Below are positions 49,262 through 61,439 of a stretch of 64,000 nucleotides of DNA, piece after piece; position 1 is the stretch's first letter, and every line of letters starts with the position of its first letter. Made by a program: the position numbers and the translations under genes. The notes below the pieces were generated by a model. It saw only the letters and a program-made list of their open reading frames with translations, did not search any database and was not told the origin of the DNA. Source of the DNA: Dendrobates tinctorius (Eukaryota); assembly GCF_039654945.1 (NCBI RefSeq), contig NW_027361733.1, positions 24,180,001-24,244,000 of the forward strand, given 5' to 3'.

Positions 49262-52200
49262 CTATCTGCGGATCATGTAGGAAGCCAACATGAAGGCTCC
49301 GGCCAGCGTCACTCCAGTGAGCAGCCACTTCCCGAAGCGATCCTGGCTTTTTCTGGATTTGGCTGCGGCGTCGCTCCCATAAAGGCTGACAAAAGCTTCC
49401 TGTGGGGAAGGAAAAGGAGGTTAATAAAACAAAAATGTCCAGCATTGACATCAGGGGGACACAGGAGACCACCCTCCTCCCTCCAAAGTAATCCATCAGT
49501 GAATCCAGTTCTGGATTATCTTGGACCACTGCTATACATGTGAGAGGATGCACCGTGGTCACCAAAGCCATTAAAGAGTGCACGGAGGGCCAATAATCTG
49601 CCTTCCATAGGCCCTAGAAAACCTAAATCAGCAGATACCCCCATCTCTCTCTATTTACAGTGCCTTGCGAAAGTATTCGGCCCCCTGGAACTTTCCAACC
49701 TTTTCCCACATATCATGCTTCAAACATAAAGATACCAAATGTAAATTTTGGGTGAAGAAACAAGTGGGACACAATTGTGAAGTTGAACAAAATGTATTGG
49801 TTATTTTACATTTTTGTGGAAATGCAAAAACTGAAAAGTGGGGCGTGCAATATTATTCGCCCCCTTTAACTTAATACTTTGTTGCGCCACGTTTTGCTGC
49901 GATTACAGCTGCAGGTTGCTTGGGGTATGTCTCTATCAGTTTTGTACATCGAGAGACAAATTCTTGCCCATGCTTCCTTGGCAAACAGCTCGAGCTCAGT
50001 GAGGTTTGATGGAGATTGTTTGTGAACAGCAGTTTTCAGCTCTTTCCACAGATTCTCGATTGGACTCAGGTCTGGATTTTGACTTGGCCATTCTAACACC
50101 TGGATATGTTTATTTGTGAACCATTCCATTGTAGATTTTGCTTTATGTTTGGGATCATTGTCTTGTTGGAATACAAATCTCCGTCCCAGTCTCAGGTCTT
50201 TTTCAGACTCCAACAGGTTTTCTTCAAGAATGGTCCTGTATTTGGCTCCATCCATCTTCCCTTCAATTTTAACCATCTTCCCTGTCCCTGCTGAAGAAAA
50301 GCAGGCACAAACCATGATGCTGCCACCATCATGTTTGACAGTGGGGATGGTGTGTTCAGGGTGATGAGCTGTGTTGCCTTTACGCCAAACATATCGTTTG
50401 GCATTGTTGCCAAAACGTTCGATATTGGTTTCATCTGATCAGAGAACCTTCTTCCACATGTTTGGTGTGTCTCCCAGGTGGCTTGTTGCAAACTTTAAAA
50501 CACACTTTTTATGGATGTTAGAGAAATGGCTTTCTTCTTGCCACTCTTCCATAAAGGCCAGATTTGTGCAGTGTACGACTGATTGTTGTCCTATGGACAG
50601 ACTGTCCCACCTCAGCTGTAGATCTCTGCAGTTCATGCAGAGTGATTATGGGCCTCTTGGCTGCATCTCTGATCAGTCTTCTCCTTGTTTGACATGAAAG
50701 TTTAGAGGGACGGCCGGGTCTTCGTATATTTGCAGTGGTATGATACTCCTTCCATTTCAATATGATCGCTTGCACAGTGCTCCTTGGGATGTTTAAAGCT
50801 TTGTAAATTATTTTGTATCCAAATCCGGCTTTAAACTTCTCCCTAACAGTATCACGGACCTGCCTGTTGTGTTCCTTGGTCTTCATGATGCTCTCTGTGC
50901 ATCAAACAGAACCCTGAGACTATCACAGAGCAGGTGCATTTATACGGAGACTTGATTACACACAGTTGGATTATATTTATCATCATTAGTAATTTAGGAC
51001 AACATTGGATCATTCAGAGATCCACAATGAACTTCTGGAGTGAGTTTGCTGCACTGAAAGTAAAGGGGCCGAATAATATTGCACGCCCCACTTTTCAGTT
51101 TTTGCATTTCCACAAAAATTTAAAATAACCAATAAATTTGGTTCAACTTCACAATTGTGTCCCACTTGTTGTTGATTCTTCACCCAAAATTTACATTTGG
51201 TATCTTTATGTTTGAAGCATGATATGTGGGAAAAGGTTGAAAAGTTCCAGGGGGCCGAATACTTTCGCAAGGCACTGTATATGCCAAGGAGAGTGAGCAC
51301 CCATATTGCTTGTAGGCAGATCTCCGCTCTGCCCGTAACACAGGTGTGGCTGTGACCACCTTGACAGAAAGTCCAAATCATTATGTGAGAGGTCAGAAGA
51401 CTTCGTCACAAGCCACATATCTTCGGGCCAGCTCTCCCTGTGCAGGAATGTCTCGGGCATCAGCGAGATGTTTACATGCGGCTACAGAAGAATGAACTGT
51501 GCAATCTGCGGAGCGGCCGGCTAAGTCCAGGCATGAATCCCAGTTCTGTTCTCAGGAGTGTCCCCGGTAGGAGGTGAGGAGAAGACAATAGCATTCTTGA
51601 CATTGCTCACCGACTAGTCATCATCATCAGTTAACTCACCCCTAGTAATCAGGCTGTAGAAAAGGTGAGTACGACCCTGATGAGCTCACAGATCGGTGCA
51701 CCTTTATGACTTTTAACATTTTACCTATTGAGCAACTCTACAAATACTTCACTTATCTTGTTGCAATAGGTATTCATAGAGATGAGCAATGTGACTCGCA
51801 CTGCCCTGATCTGACGTCAGTCCGGTCCTCCATGGCAGCCAGTCTTTACTTCTAAACCCAACATCCTTGACACCTTTTGCACTTACTAGGCCCTGCGAAA
51901 TCATGACATTGTGTGCCTAACAAGTGCCAGTGGGGCTCAGGAAACCATGCACAGAATTACAGACTGGCTGCCATGGAGGACCGGACCAGGACAGTGAGAA
52001 GCCAATTGATCATCTCTAGGTCTTATCCCATAGTCACATACAAAGCTGTGCTGATTTTCTGTTAGCGCTCAGGCTGCACGTCAACTCATTTTTTTATGGC
52101 CTATCCTTAGGATAAGCCAGCAATATATGATCAGTGGAGGTGATATCAGCACCTCCAACACCCGACTGTGACCACTATAGAAATGACATCAAAAAGTGGC

Positions 52201-54140
52201 CATCAAAAGTGCATGGGGGTTTCCTGACATCTATCTCTTGGCTGAGTATGCATGTGTACAAGGGGATATTGATACGGGTAGCCATCAGCCAGACGAGCGG
52301 ACAGTTATAAAATACGTGCAGCCTTGCGATCTGGTGAACAATGTGTCATAATTCTCCACTCACAAATAATTCACGTTTTTGGGTTCAGTTTTGACTTCTG
52401 GATGCATTGATCACCCCTCCATGGACAGTCTTGTGACAAACAGCTGGTCTACATCTCTAATGGCCCAGCTCCCACAATGCATTGCTCTTGCACGCATTTC
52501 CCATATCACACTGCACCTGAATGCATAGTATTATGGGGTCTGGGCTAAGCTCTCAGGAACTCACTTTTCAATCTGCACCTAGCAAAATCCAACACAACAT
52601 GCCCAGATGTGCTGCCCCGTGGAAGATGTAGTGTTCATGCCGAGAGCAGTGCAGTGGTCTCTACACTACAGATATAGGAATCAAGAGGTCACACAAGGTC
52701 AGGAGTCTCTAATGTCATCACTACACTTAGGCTGGCGCTACACGGTGACATCGGCCACCGACACCACCGCCTTCACAGAAAGCTCCTGCACTAGTGGCTC
52801 AATGCTAAAGTCTTTCCCTAGTTTCTCCCAGTAACAGATGCTGGGAAGTAATGGGTTGGCACACTGTTGCATATTTATACACGCCCCCAATAAATTTGGC
52901 TTTAGCTGTCGAGGAAAGATGGCGGATGGGGTGGAGAGTTGTACTTTGTGGGAGCCAATGCTAAGCTTCACGGCATGCAGGAACAGTAAGCTGCGGAGGG
53001 GTGCTCTGTTCAGAGCAATAACCACAGTATATTACAGTAATATATTTAGTGAATGGGACGTCTGGAATTCCCCACTTCCACTAAAATATCCCCACAGGTA
53101 TGAGGAACATGAATAAATGAAGTTGCTGGCACTGTTGCAAGTAGGGACTCTCCGCCGGTCCTAGCTAGGTAAATAGCTGCGGCAACCAGAAGTCCCCTCG
53201 TCAGGGAACATTACCTGAGCAGAAAGCACACGACTGATGTAGGGACCTGGCGATTAAAACGGCACAATAACCATCTGTACTAAAGCCACAGGGGTTCTGA
53301 TTCTGGGGTCTTAGGTGGATGACATTCAAGCGGTAACTGGGGGTAACGATTAGAAAATCATTAAGCACCAACACATTTCAAGGGGGTGAGAACTTGCATC
53401 AAACTAGAGGAAGACAAAGAAATGATGAAGATGTGAGCACATGGCAAACATTTTTTCTTCGCCCTCCATCTATGACCCATGTTTATCCACGGCCCACCAA
53501 CATCCAATGACCACTTGTTACCAATTCTCCACAGTATAGTGTTGCCGCTTGCTCATCCTAAACTGCTCAGTCACTAGCCATGCCCTAAGCAACCCGCTGT
53601 TCACCCGCTTTCAAAGTCTTATGACCCACAGCCCACAATCCCACTGCTCACCCAGCCTCCGTTTGTTTCTATCCATGGTCCTAGAGCCGTTTCCAGAAAG
53701 GTGGCCATCCACTCGATAATCCTAGGTATCAGACCTTCCATTTCCTTGTTTGCACTTTCAAAGCATAGCGCCCCCCCAAAAGAGAAAAATGCTACAATGC
53801 GTCCCCAGTTTATGCCGTCTCTGAACAGCTCGTGCACCACCTGCTCGAAGCTCTGATACGCAGTGTCCTGGGTGATGTGCAGCTGGCAGGTGAGGTCGCT
53901 GAACGCCCTGCGATACCTCAACTCAAACTCAACCGAGGCGTCCAGCAGCGTCTGCAGCACTTCTTCAGCCACGCTGTCTGGCAGGGGTGCAGCTGCCTGG
54001 GCACCGACCTGGGCAGTGGGTGAGGATCCATTCAGCAGTATGGCAGGCTCAGCATCACTGCAGCAGCTCAGGTTAAAGCCTTTCTGATCAAGCTTTTTGC
54101 ATATAAAGTTATGTACAAGATTCTTATTGCCGCCGTCCAT
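49262..54140 (-). CDS. BCL2L1: Bcl-2-like protein 1 (Bcl-xL), 2 coding exons, 208 aa
   Basis: Coding exon 54140-53652: MDGGNKNLVHNFICKKL (BH4), EFELRYRRAFSDL, ELFRDGINWGRIVAFFSFGG (BH1), WIETNGGW|gtgagc; acceptor at 54346. Coding exon 49399-49262: EAFVSLYGSDAAAKSRKSQDRFGKWLLTGVTLAGAFMLASYMIRR*, with a C-terminal TM anchor. Confidence 0.96.
49658..51277 (-). mobile_element. Full-length Tc1-family DNA transposon (inactivated) in BCL2L1 intron 2
   Basis: ~200-bp terminal inverted repeats (TIRs) CAGTGCCTTGCGAAAGTATTCGGCCCCC, TA flanks. Transposase 50886 to ~49866 (MKTKEH..., GRPSK, SDETNIE, QQDNDPKH, PDLSPIENLW) is broken by a frameshift near 50520, a stop and small deletions. Confidence 0.93.
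51770..52030. repeat. Inverted-repeat MITE-like element in BCL2L1 intron 2
   Basis: tccggtcctccatggcagccagtct / agactggctgccatggaggaccgga. Confidence 0.6.
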
Positions 54141-54644
54141 CTTCAGGAGTGAGAACATATGTCCTGGGATAGAGAGGCCCCAGCTGAACACCGCACCACA
54201 TGAAAGCAGAGAGACGGATATGAGGCGGTAGGAGACGTGGATCTAGAGTTCCCAACGAAATCACATGAAGGGCATCATGGGAATCACTCAGGCCGGGTGT
54301 AAATAAACCCGAATCCACTGGTGACTGAGGGGAAAATGGAGATCATCTGCAAAAGAAGGAAGAGCATCAAAAAGATGAACATAGGAACATAATGAGCAAC
54401 AGTTTATAGAAAGCAGAGAACAATCAGCATCTCCTGTCTATAGCAAAACTGCTCCCATCAGACCTGAGGATACAGCACAAATGTCATATTCTCTACCCTG
54501 AACACAGCATCCTCCTGTAACTCCAAATTGTACGCGCTGTGAGACAACTGAGGAAAGAAATGATATATCCAATGGGAATTCGTAGTTATATTCCGCACTG
54601 CCGTGGAGACAAATTCCAGGAGAATGCTGTACGATTGCAATGGT

Positions 54645-54695
54645 TTTATTCAACGCGTTTCAGGGGTCTCATGTCCCCTTCATCAGGAAATACCA
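54645..54695 (-). ncRNA. Type I hammerhead ribozyme in BCL2L1 intron 1 (sense to the pre-mRNA)
   Basis: Minus strand: GGUAUUUC CUGAUGA AGGGG-ACAUGAGA-CCCCU GAAA CGCG UU GAAUAAAACC. Stems I and II pair; stem III is the palindromic CGCG typical of PLE HHRs. Confidence 0.72.
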
Positions 54696-54894
54696 CATAG
54701 TACATACAGGCATCACAGACATAAATAGCTTTGAGAGGACGCTGGATTTAAAAAAAAAAAACGAGCGCCAAAAAGTCAGATGATGCAGTGTCAAAGTTCA
54801 ATGACATCACATAGTTAACTACTGAAGTGGAATATATTACAAAGATATGCATAGTATAAAAGACTGATGATTTATCTTGCATTTACAGGAAATA

Positions 54895-56190
54895 AGAGAA
54901 TATAACTGCTATAATACTGCCCCCTATGTACAAGAATATAACTGCTATAATACTGCCCCCTATGTACAAGAATATAACTGCTATAATACTGCCCCCTGTG
55001 TACAAGAATATAACTGCTATAATACTGCCCCCTGTGTACAAGAATATAACTGCTATAATACTGCCCCCTGTGTACAAGAATATAACTGCTATAATACTGC
55101 CCCTTATGTACAAGGATATAACTGCTATAATGCTGCCCCCTATGTACAAAAATATATCTGCTATAATGCTGCCCCCTATGTACAAAAATATATCTGCTAT
55201 AATGCTGCCCCCTATGTACAAGAATATATCTGCTATAATGCTGCCCCCTATGTACAAGAATATATCTGCTATAATGCTGCCCCCTATGTACAACAATATA
55301 TCTACTATAATACTGCCCCCTATGTACAAGAATATATCTACTATAATACTGCCCCCTATGTACAAGAATATATCTACTATAATACTGCTCCTATGTACAA
55401 GAATATAACTACTATAATACTGCCCCCTATGTACAAGAATATATCTATTATAATACTGCCCCCTATGTACAAGAATATATCTACTATAATACTGCCCCCT
55501 ATGTACAAGAATATATCTACTATAATACTGCCCCCTATGTACAAGAATATATCTGCTATAATACTGCCCCCTATGTACAAGAATATATCTATTATAATAC
55601 TGCCCCCTATGTACAAGAATATATCTACTATAATACTGCCCCCTATGTACAAGAATATATCTACTATAATACTGCTCCTATGTACAGGAATATAACTACT
55701 ATAATACTGCCCCCATGTACAAGAATATAACTACTATAATACTGCCCCCTATGTACAGGAATATATCCACTATAATACTGCCCCTATGTACAAGAATATA
55801 ACTACTATAATACTGCCCCCATGTACAAGAATATAACTACTATAATACTGTCCCTATGTACAAGAATATAACTACTATAATACTGCCTCCTATGTACAAG
55901 AATATAACTACTATAATACTGCCTCCTATGTACAAGAATATAACTACTATAATACTGCCTCCTATGTACAAGAATATAACTACTATAATACTGCCCCTAT
56001 GTACAAGAATATAACTGCTATAATACAGCCCCTATGTACAAGAATATAACTGCTATAATACTGCCCCCATGTACAAGAATATAACTACTATAATACTGCC
56101 CCTATGTACAAGAATATAACTACTATATTACTGCCCCCTATGTACAAGAATATAACTACTATAATACTGCCCCTATGAACAAGAATATAA
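54895..56190. repeat. Same ~35-36 bp minisatellite in BCL2L1 intron 1
   Basis: About 35 tandem units; source of the spurious repetitive ORFs at 54877-55695. Confidence 0.95.
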
Positions 56191-57049
56191 CGGTACACAT
56201 GAGTAACACTGGCCACTCTGATAGCAGAGATGTGCTTCGGACTACATCTGTAGTGAGCTTTTCTTCGCGCGGTGTGAGAACACCTCAGACAATCGGTGTA
56301 TCGTTCACACACAGAAGGGCGCTGATTATATTTGCTGTGTAGATTTAGGTCATATTCCAGGAAAGTGATTCAGAGAGTGGACATCCTGTGATGACGGAAA
56401 GCAGCAGCGCTAAAAGGAAATACTGCAATATAGTGAGCTGTAGCGTAATAACGGTATTACACACTGGCCAGAGAGCACATGATCATGGGCTCTAGAGATA
56501 TGGACAGGGGATACAGATTGGACAAACCCTACAGCAACCTGCCATGAGTCAGCGCAGAAGTATAGTGTGCAGGAGGGATCAGTAGGCATGCTGGGACTTA
56601 TAGCTCCACACCTGCCAACGGCTGTTCTCAAGGAAGAGCCCCAAAACATTAAATGGGACTCATGAAATCATTGTGGGCGCTGGACGCTTGGCATGAGGGC
56701 AATGAAGTATGATCCAGGTACGTGGCACAGTGGGCATCACCTAACCCTATAGGCCACTATGGGGAACTTAAAGGGGAACACTCCCTTATGGGAAGGGGCA
56801 GCATCCCCTTAAATGAATGGGGGAGCGATAATTTGCAGTGCATTATGGGAATTTACACTGAGCAGCCCCTGAGCTGAATGCAGATTAAGGGGCATCACAA
56901 ACAGGGCCCCCACAATATGGCCAATGCCATGCACTCCACAGGTAGGGAGCCGGGTACATACCGCACACAGCACAGCCCGGAGGAAGGCAGAGAGCTGGAA
57001 TAAACAGCTATAAATCTCTGACAGGACACACACCCATTCTAGATATGTC

Positions 57050-57330
57050 CACACCCCGGACACAGGGAAGGAGGCGGGCCCGGGATACTCACACAGCAGG
57101 GGCCCCGCCGGGCTCTCCGTCTGTCCCTCCGGGGACACCTACACCTCTCTGTGCCCCTCACAACCCCCAGAGACGCTCTGTCCAACGAAGCTCCGCCCCT
57201 GCCCTTAGTGACCGTGTACAGCCAATCAGGGGGCGCGGCAGTGAGAGGACCGTTGTCCTGGCAGCGCCCGACAGCTCCGAGCATGCGCAGCGTCACTGGA
57301 CTACATTTCCCGACGTGCATTAGGGATGAT
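57050..57330 (-). promoter_or_regulatory. BCL2L1: CpG-rich promoter and probable non-coding first exon of BCL2L1
   Basis: Local CpG/GC enrichment; GC box near 57193; AGCCAATCAG (NF-Y) at 57220-57229; GCATGCGCA (NRF1-like) at 57281; ACTACATTTCCCGA (ZNF143/THAP11-type motif) at 57300-57313; candidate minus-strand donor GTGAGT starting at 57092. Confidence 0.65.
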
Positions 57331-57439
57331 AAAGGGCTGCGTCATGCTCAGCGACGGCCATGTCTTATTATTCGTCCAGTTTTTTTTTATTTATTTGGGG
57401 CTGAAGTTGGTTTGTTATTCAGCAATTATTCTTTCTGTG

Positions 57440-58110
57440 TTTTTAACAAGTTTAATAACAAAAATAATCCCAATAATCAAATACAGTGCAGCCCTGATGT
57501 CACTATACACCTAACAACAGCTGCACACGTTATAAAACTGGCATCAAAGTGGGCACCAAAGGGTGTCATTGAGAGGGTTAAATGACCTTGGGCAGCTGAG
57601 CTCACACTGCAGACACACAGGTAGTGATGACCTCAGCACCTTCAGGTCACTCCAGCCTGGCACAAAGGTAACTGGCTGATTGCCCTCTGTGATGCCAGCT
57701 CTGATGCCCGGATCCCTTTTGGGCCAAGCTGAAGTGACCTAAAGTTGATGAGAGGCATCACTCTGTGTAATGGTGGTGTGAGACGAGTGGCCCAAGGTCA
57801 TTTAACTGTTAAAATCCCCAGTTACTTATTACAATCTGTGAAAATTGGTGAATTGCCCACTTTATGCCAGCTCCGATACCCAGGACTCATTTACACCAGA
57901 ATGGAGTTACCTGAATTTGAGGCGGAGCGTCACTATCTGCGTAACGATGTACTATCAGTGACCCAAAGTCATTTAACCCTTTCATTAATACCCTTTGGTG
58001 CCAGTATTACATGTTTTATAGCTGGTTATAGACATTTTCACATCAGGGCACCTTGCTGCATTGTATTTTATTACTGTGATTTTTTTCTTAGTTTTGTTAT
58101 TAAACCTGGA
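57440..58110. repeat. Imperfect long inverted repeat (old MITE) upstream of the BCL2L1 promoter
   Basis: gggcaccaaagggtgtcattgagagggttaaatgac versus gtcatttaaccctttcattaataccctttggtgcc; flanking arms also pair. Confidence 0.6.
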
Positions 58111-58277
58111 AAAAAAAAACAGAAAAAAAATCTCAAATACGAAACCATGTTCTGCATCAACTGAAAATATTAGTAACAAATCACAGATATGAGGCAATCT
58201 GGGGATTTACACTAAAATGTTATTTTGAGGCCATGTGTAGCGGCTACATAACCCTAAACCAGACCGCTAAATAAATC

Positions 58278-58522
58278 TACAGGGTGGCCATTGATATGGA
58301 TACACCTAAATAAAATGGGAATGGTGACAGTTTTCTTGTGTAGGGTGTCTTGCATTGAAATCTGCTGCTATGACCCGGGTACTGCGTTCACCAGACATCA
58401 ACACAATTTCTATCCGCTCCTCACGTGTTAACCTCTGCGACATGTCAATGGCTGTAAAGAAAGAGAAACTTGTAAATAACTCATAAAAGAATAAAGTTAC
58501 GTTAAAATCAAGCACACCAAGC
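58278..58522 (-). mobile_element. Mariner/Tc1-like deleted element
   Basis: TA-CAGGGTG terminus; MSQRLTREERIEIVLMSGERSTRVIAADFNARHP resembles a transposase N-terminal HTH. Confidence 0.55.
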
Positions 58523-58524
58523 AC

Positions 58525-58830
58525 TATGTATTAGATAATTTGCAGGATGTGAGGAGGGAAATTGACTCCGAGGTATGGGGCGAAATGGTTACCAGGGACA
58601 TTGGGGAAGTATCGATCTCCTCAATATATGGGGAACTGAGGGACACACTACGTCCATCGGGAACAGAGTTTTTCAAAAATGGGAAAAACATATACAAGAT
58701 GGAGAACTCGATCATAAAATACTACAAGGTTGGGAACTGGTAAGGAAACATATTATCAATGAGCAGTGGAGGGACCTCCAGTTTAGGATAATGCACAAAA
58801 CAAGATGCGGATTTAATATTAATGACGTGT
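58525..58830 (+). mobile_element. L1/Tx1-like ORF2 C-terminal remnant
   Basis: ISSIYGEL...WELVRKHIINEQWRDLQFRIMH resembles the region preceding the zf-RVT domain; fragmented. Confidence 0.45.
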
Positions 58831-58844
58831 ACGTACAGTCAGAC

Positions 58845-59305
58845 TGACATTGATTTTTTGGACATCAAAATTGTAAAAGGAGATAATGGGGTTTTGCATA
58901 CTGATGTATTCTGGAAGGAAACAGCGGTAAACTCCATTTTGCATGCCACATCTTCACATCCAAAATTTTGGTGGAAGGAATTCTGACGGGCCAGTTCCTT
59001 AGGGCCAGACGGATATGCTCGAATGATGAGGCCTTTCGGGGACAGGTTGAAAATCTTACACAAAGATTCCTATCCAGGGGATATTCTAGACAGAGTATAA
59101 AGAGGGGAAGTCAGGCAAAATGGGCGGACCTACTTATACCAAAGAAAAGGCCCATGGAGACGTACAAAGTGAGATTTATTTCCACTTTTAATGATAGATG
59201 GCATGAGGTGAAAAAAGCACTCGAAAAATATTGGCCAATTCTTATGACTGACAAAACTTTGGAGAAATTTGTTCCTAAATATCCCTCCATTACATATAGA
59301 AGGTC
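58845..59305 (+). mobile_element. Penelope-like RT C-terminal fragment
   Basis: IDFLDIKI...HTDVFWKETAVNSILHATSSHP / GQFLRARRICSNDEAF...RFLSRGYS...FISTFN...WPILMTD...ITYRR; frameshifted. Confidence 0.75.
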
Positions 59306-61059
59306 CTCTTATCGGATTGACAAAAGGAACAGGGTTACAACACAGACCATTATCATTACATCCCCATTGGATGATCTCCCCCTTCACCCAATGAATGAGA
59401 GGACTGTGGCGTTGCAACCAGGGCATCTCCAATACCAGTCCTGCAGGCAAATTATTCATAATAAAACAACTTAACTTCTCCACATGAGTGGAACCCATTT
59501 TCATAGAAAAAACTTCAGACATAAAGCAAATTCCATCCCGGGTAAGGGGATGAATCTACAGCCACAATTTTAACAGGGTCTTTTAACCTGACTGTCCCTA
59601 TCTTATTAAGAGTTACAACTTGGGCATCAATCAGATTAATGGAGGAACCACAGTCAACAAAGGCGGTGGTCATAACAGGACCACCAGCAAATTCCAATTC
59701 AACCTTGGGCACCATCTTTGTATATGAGAAAAAATGTACCTAGGAGTCTGGACAACCTCCTCGATTATTGCCCAGACTCAGTCGTTTCTCTGATGGTTTC
59801 TCTGAAGAAGGGCAGGAGGGGCAATTCCTTTTCCAATGTACAGAGGCTCCACAGTAAAAGCCTAGTAGGTTGTCTCTACGGTGCCGTCTCTCTTTCTCCT
59901 TAACCAAGACTGACCCAACCTCCATGGGCTCAGATACAGGTGCAGTGTCACACAATTTGGGGTACAAGGGAGACTTTTGTTGCATCATTCCTCTAGCACG
60001 GAGTCTCCGGTCCATACGGACTGCCTGCATCATGGTATCCTCCATGGTATCATTGGGAGGATGTAATGCCAGAGCATCCTGCAGACGGTCAGACAGGCCC
60101 CTGCGGAACAACCCCGTCAGGGCGGCGTCATTCCAGGATACTTCGGCGGTCCAATGTCTAAACTCTGAGCAGAAATATTCAGCAGAGTGCCTCCCCTGTG
60201 TCACACTCATCACCATATCCTCTGCCAGACGCACTGTATCAGGCTCATCATAAATGTGCCTCAGAGCTTCAAAGAACAAATTCACAGACATACGTTCAGG
60301 AGCAGAGGAAGAGAGAAAGCCCATGCCTGTGGAGCCCCCCCGAAGTAGAGAAATGACGACCCCCACCCTCTGGAACTCATCCCCGAAAGAACGGGGCCTC
60401 AGAGAAATAAAAAGCTTGCATCCTTCTCTGAACTCCCTTTTATCCCCTGAGAAAGGGTCTGGCAATTTGACCAGAGATTCGGGGGAAGCCAATGATACAT
60501 CTCTATCCCCAGCACTAGAAGCCCCTGCAGTGACAGCCCCCTGCACAGTATCCACCAACTGTTGCTGGGTATGAGCTATCGTGCGCTGTTCCACATTAAG
60601 TTTGTGGAACATTTGGGTCAGGTGCTTGACCTGATCAGCCAAAGCTTGTATGGGATTCATGAGGATAACACACTTTTTTTTTTTTTCTTCAGAGAAAAAA
60701 AGTCAGGACGTAGCAATAGATCAGAAAACCAGAACGGGCAATGGACGGAACAATAGGGACAAACTGCAACGGAGTAACAATAGCCAAGCCAAGAGGTCAG
60801 AACCGGAAAAGACAATAATAACAAAACAAGAGACAGAGGACAGAGTGAGGGAACAGGCCGGGTCATGCACGGGAATCAAACAAGCAATGCAGATACACGC
60901 ACACCAGGGGGGTCGGTCAGACACACTGCCAGAATAACAGTATAGCTAACAGAGAATCCTAGCCTGGAGTGAGTATAAATACCCCTCCCAGATCCAAAGA
61001 GAGGCCGGCAAAAGTTAACCCTGTGAGAACAGGACATTAACCATGTCCTAACCATGACA
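59306..61059 (-). mobile_element. Truncated Ty3/Gypsy LTR retrotransposon: partial LTR, gag, protease
   Basis: ORF 59740-60660 is a PEG10/sushi-like Gag (KLPDPFSGD, VTQGRHSAEYFCSEF, EPMEVG, degenerate CCHC). Protease AFVDCGSSINLID in 59515-59715, then LVLEMPWLQRHSPLIHW; frameshifted. Confidence 0.85.
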
Positions 61060-61439
61060 GTGGGATCAGAAGCCACAGCCAGACACCCCCCTGGAGTGGC
61101 ACCCGACAGCTATCTGCCGCACAAGCCTGACCTCACCATCAGAAGCTCCAGCGAAGACAGAGGTAGCTGTCGTAGTCACGCCCCTTCCAGGGTAGTCTGG
61201 TTTGTGGAACAGTGGGGCCACAACCCCCTGGCTTGCGCCATTCAGCCTAGGTGCGAGCTTGACAGTTTGCACAGGCCATGGTCCCTGCTGAGTCCCTTGT
61301 CCTTCCGCTCGCAGAGCGTCATGAACTTTTATCCTGCCAGTATGAGCAACCGGAAGAATTTGTTCCGCCCTGCGTGGTTCCATTTGTTGAGACTTCTGAA
61401 CCACTCATAGTCTCCAAGGCCATCTATGAGCAGCTCCTG

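Noticed and set aside
48917-49543. 208-aa plus-strand ORF
   Set aside because: Antisense to the last BCL2L1 exon and UTR; no recognisable domain
51675-51700. CTGATGA motif (also at ~13430, 14172, 27573)
   Set aside because: No stem II followed by GAAA; not hammerheads
54141-54191. N-terminal extension of the BCL2L1 ORF shown in the ORF track
   Set aside because: It starts at a non-ATG codon; the ATG at 54140 has good context (AAGATGG) and matches the family start
54877-55695. Long repetitive ORFs ([12 protein letters not shown] / [12 protein letters not shown])
   Set aside because: Translations of the minisatellite; no evidence of real coding
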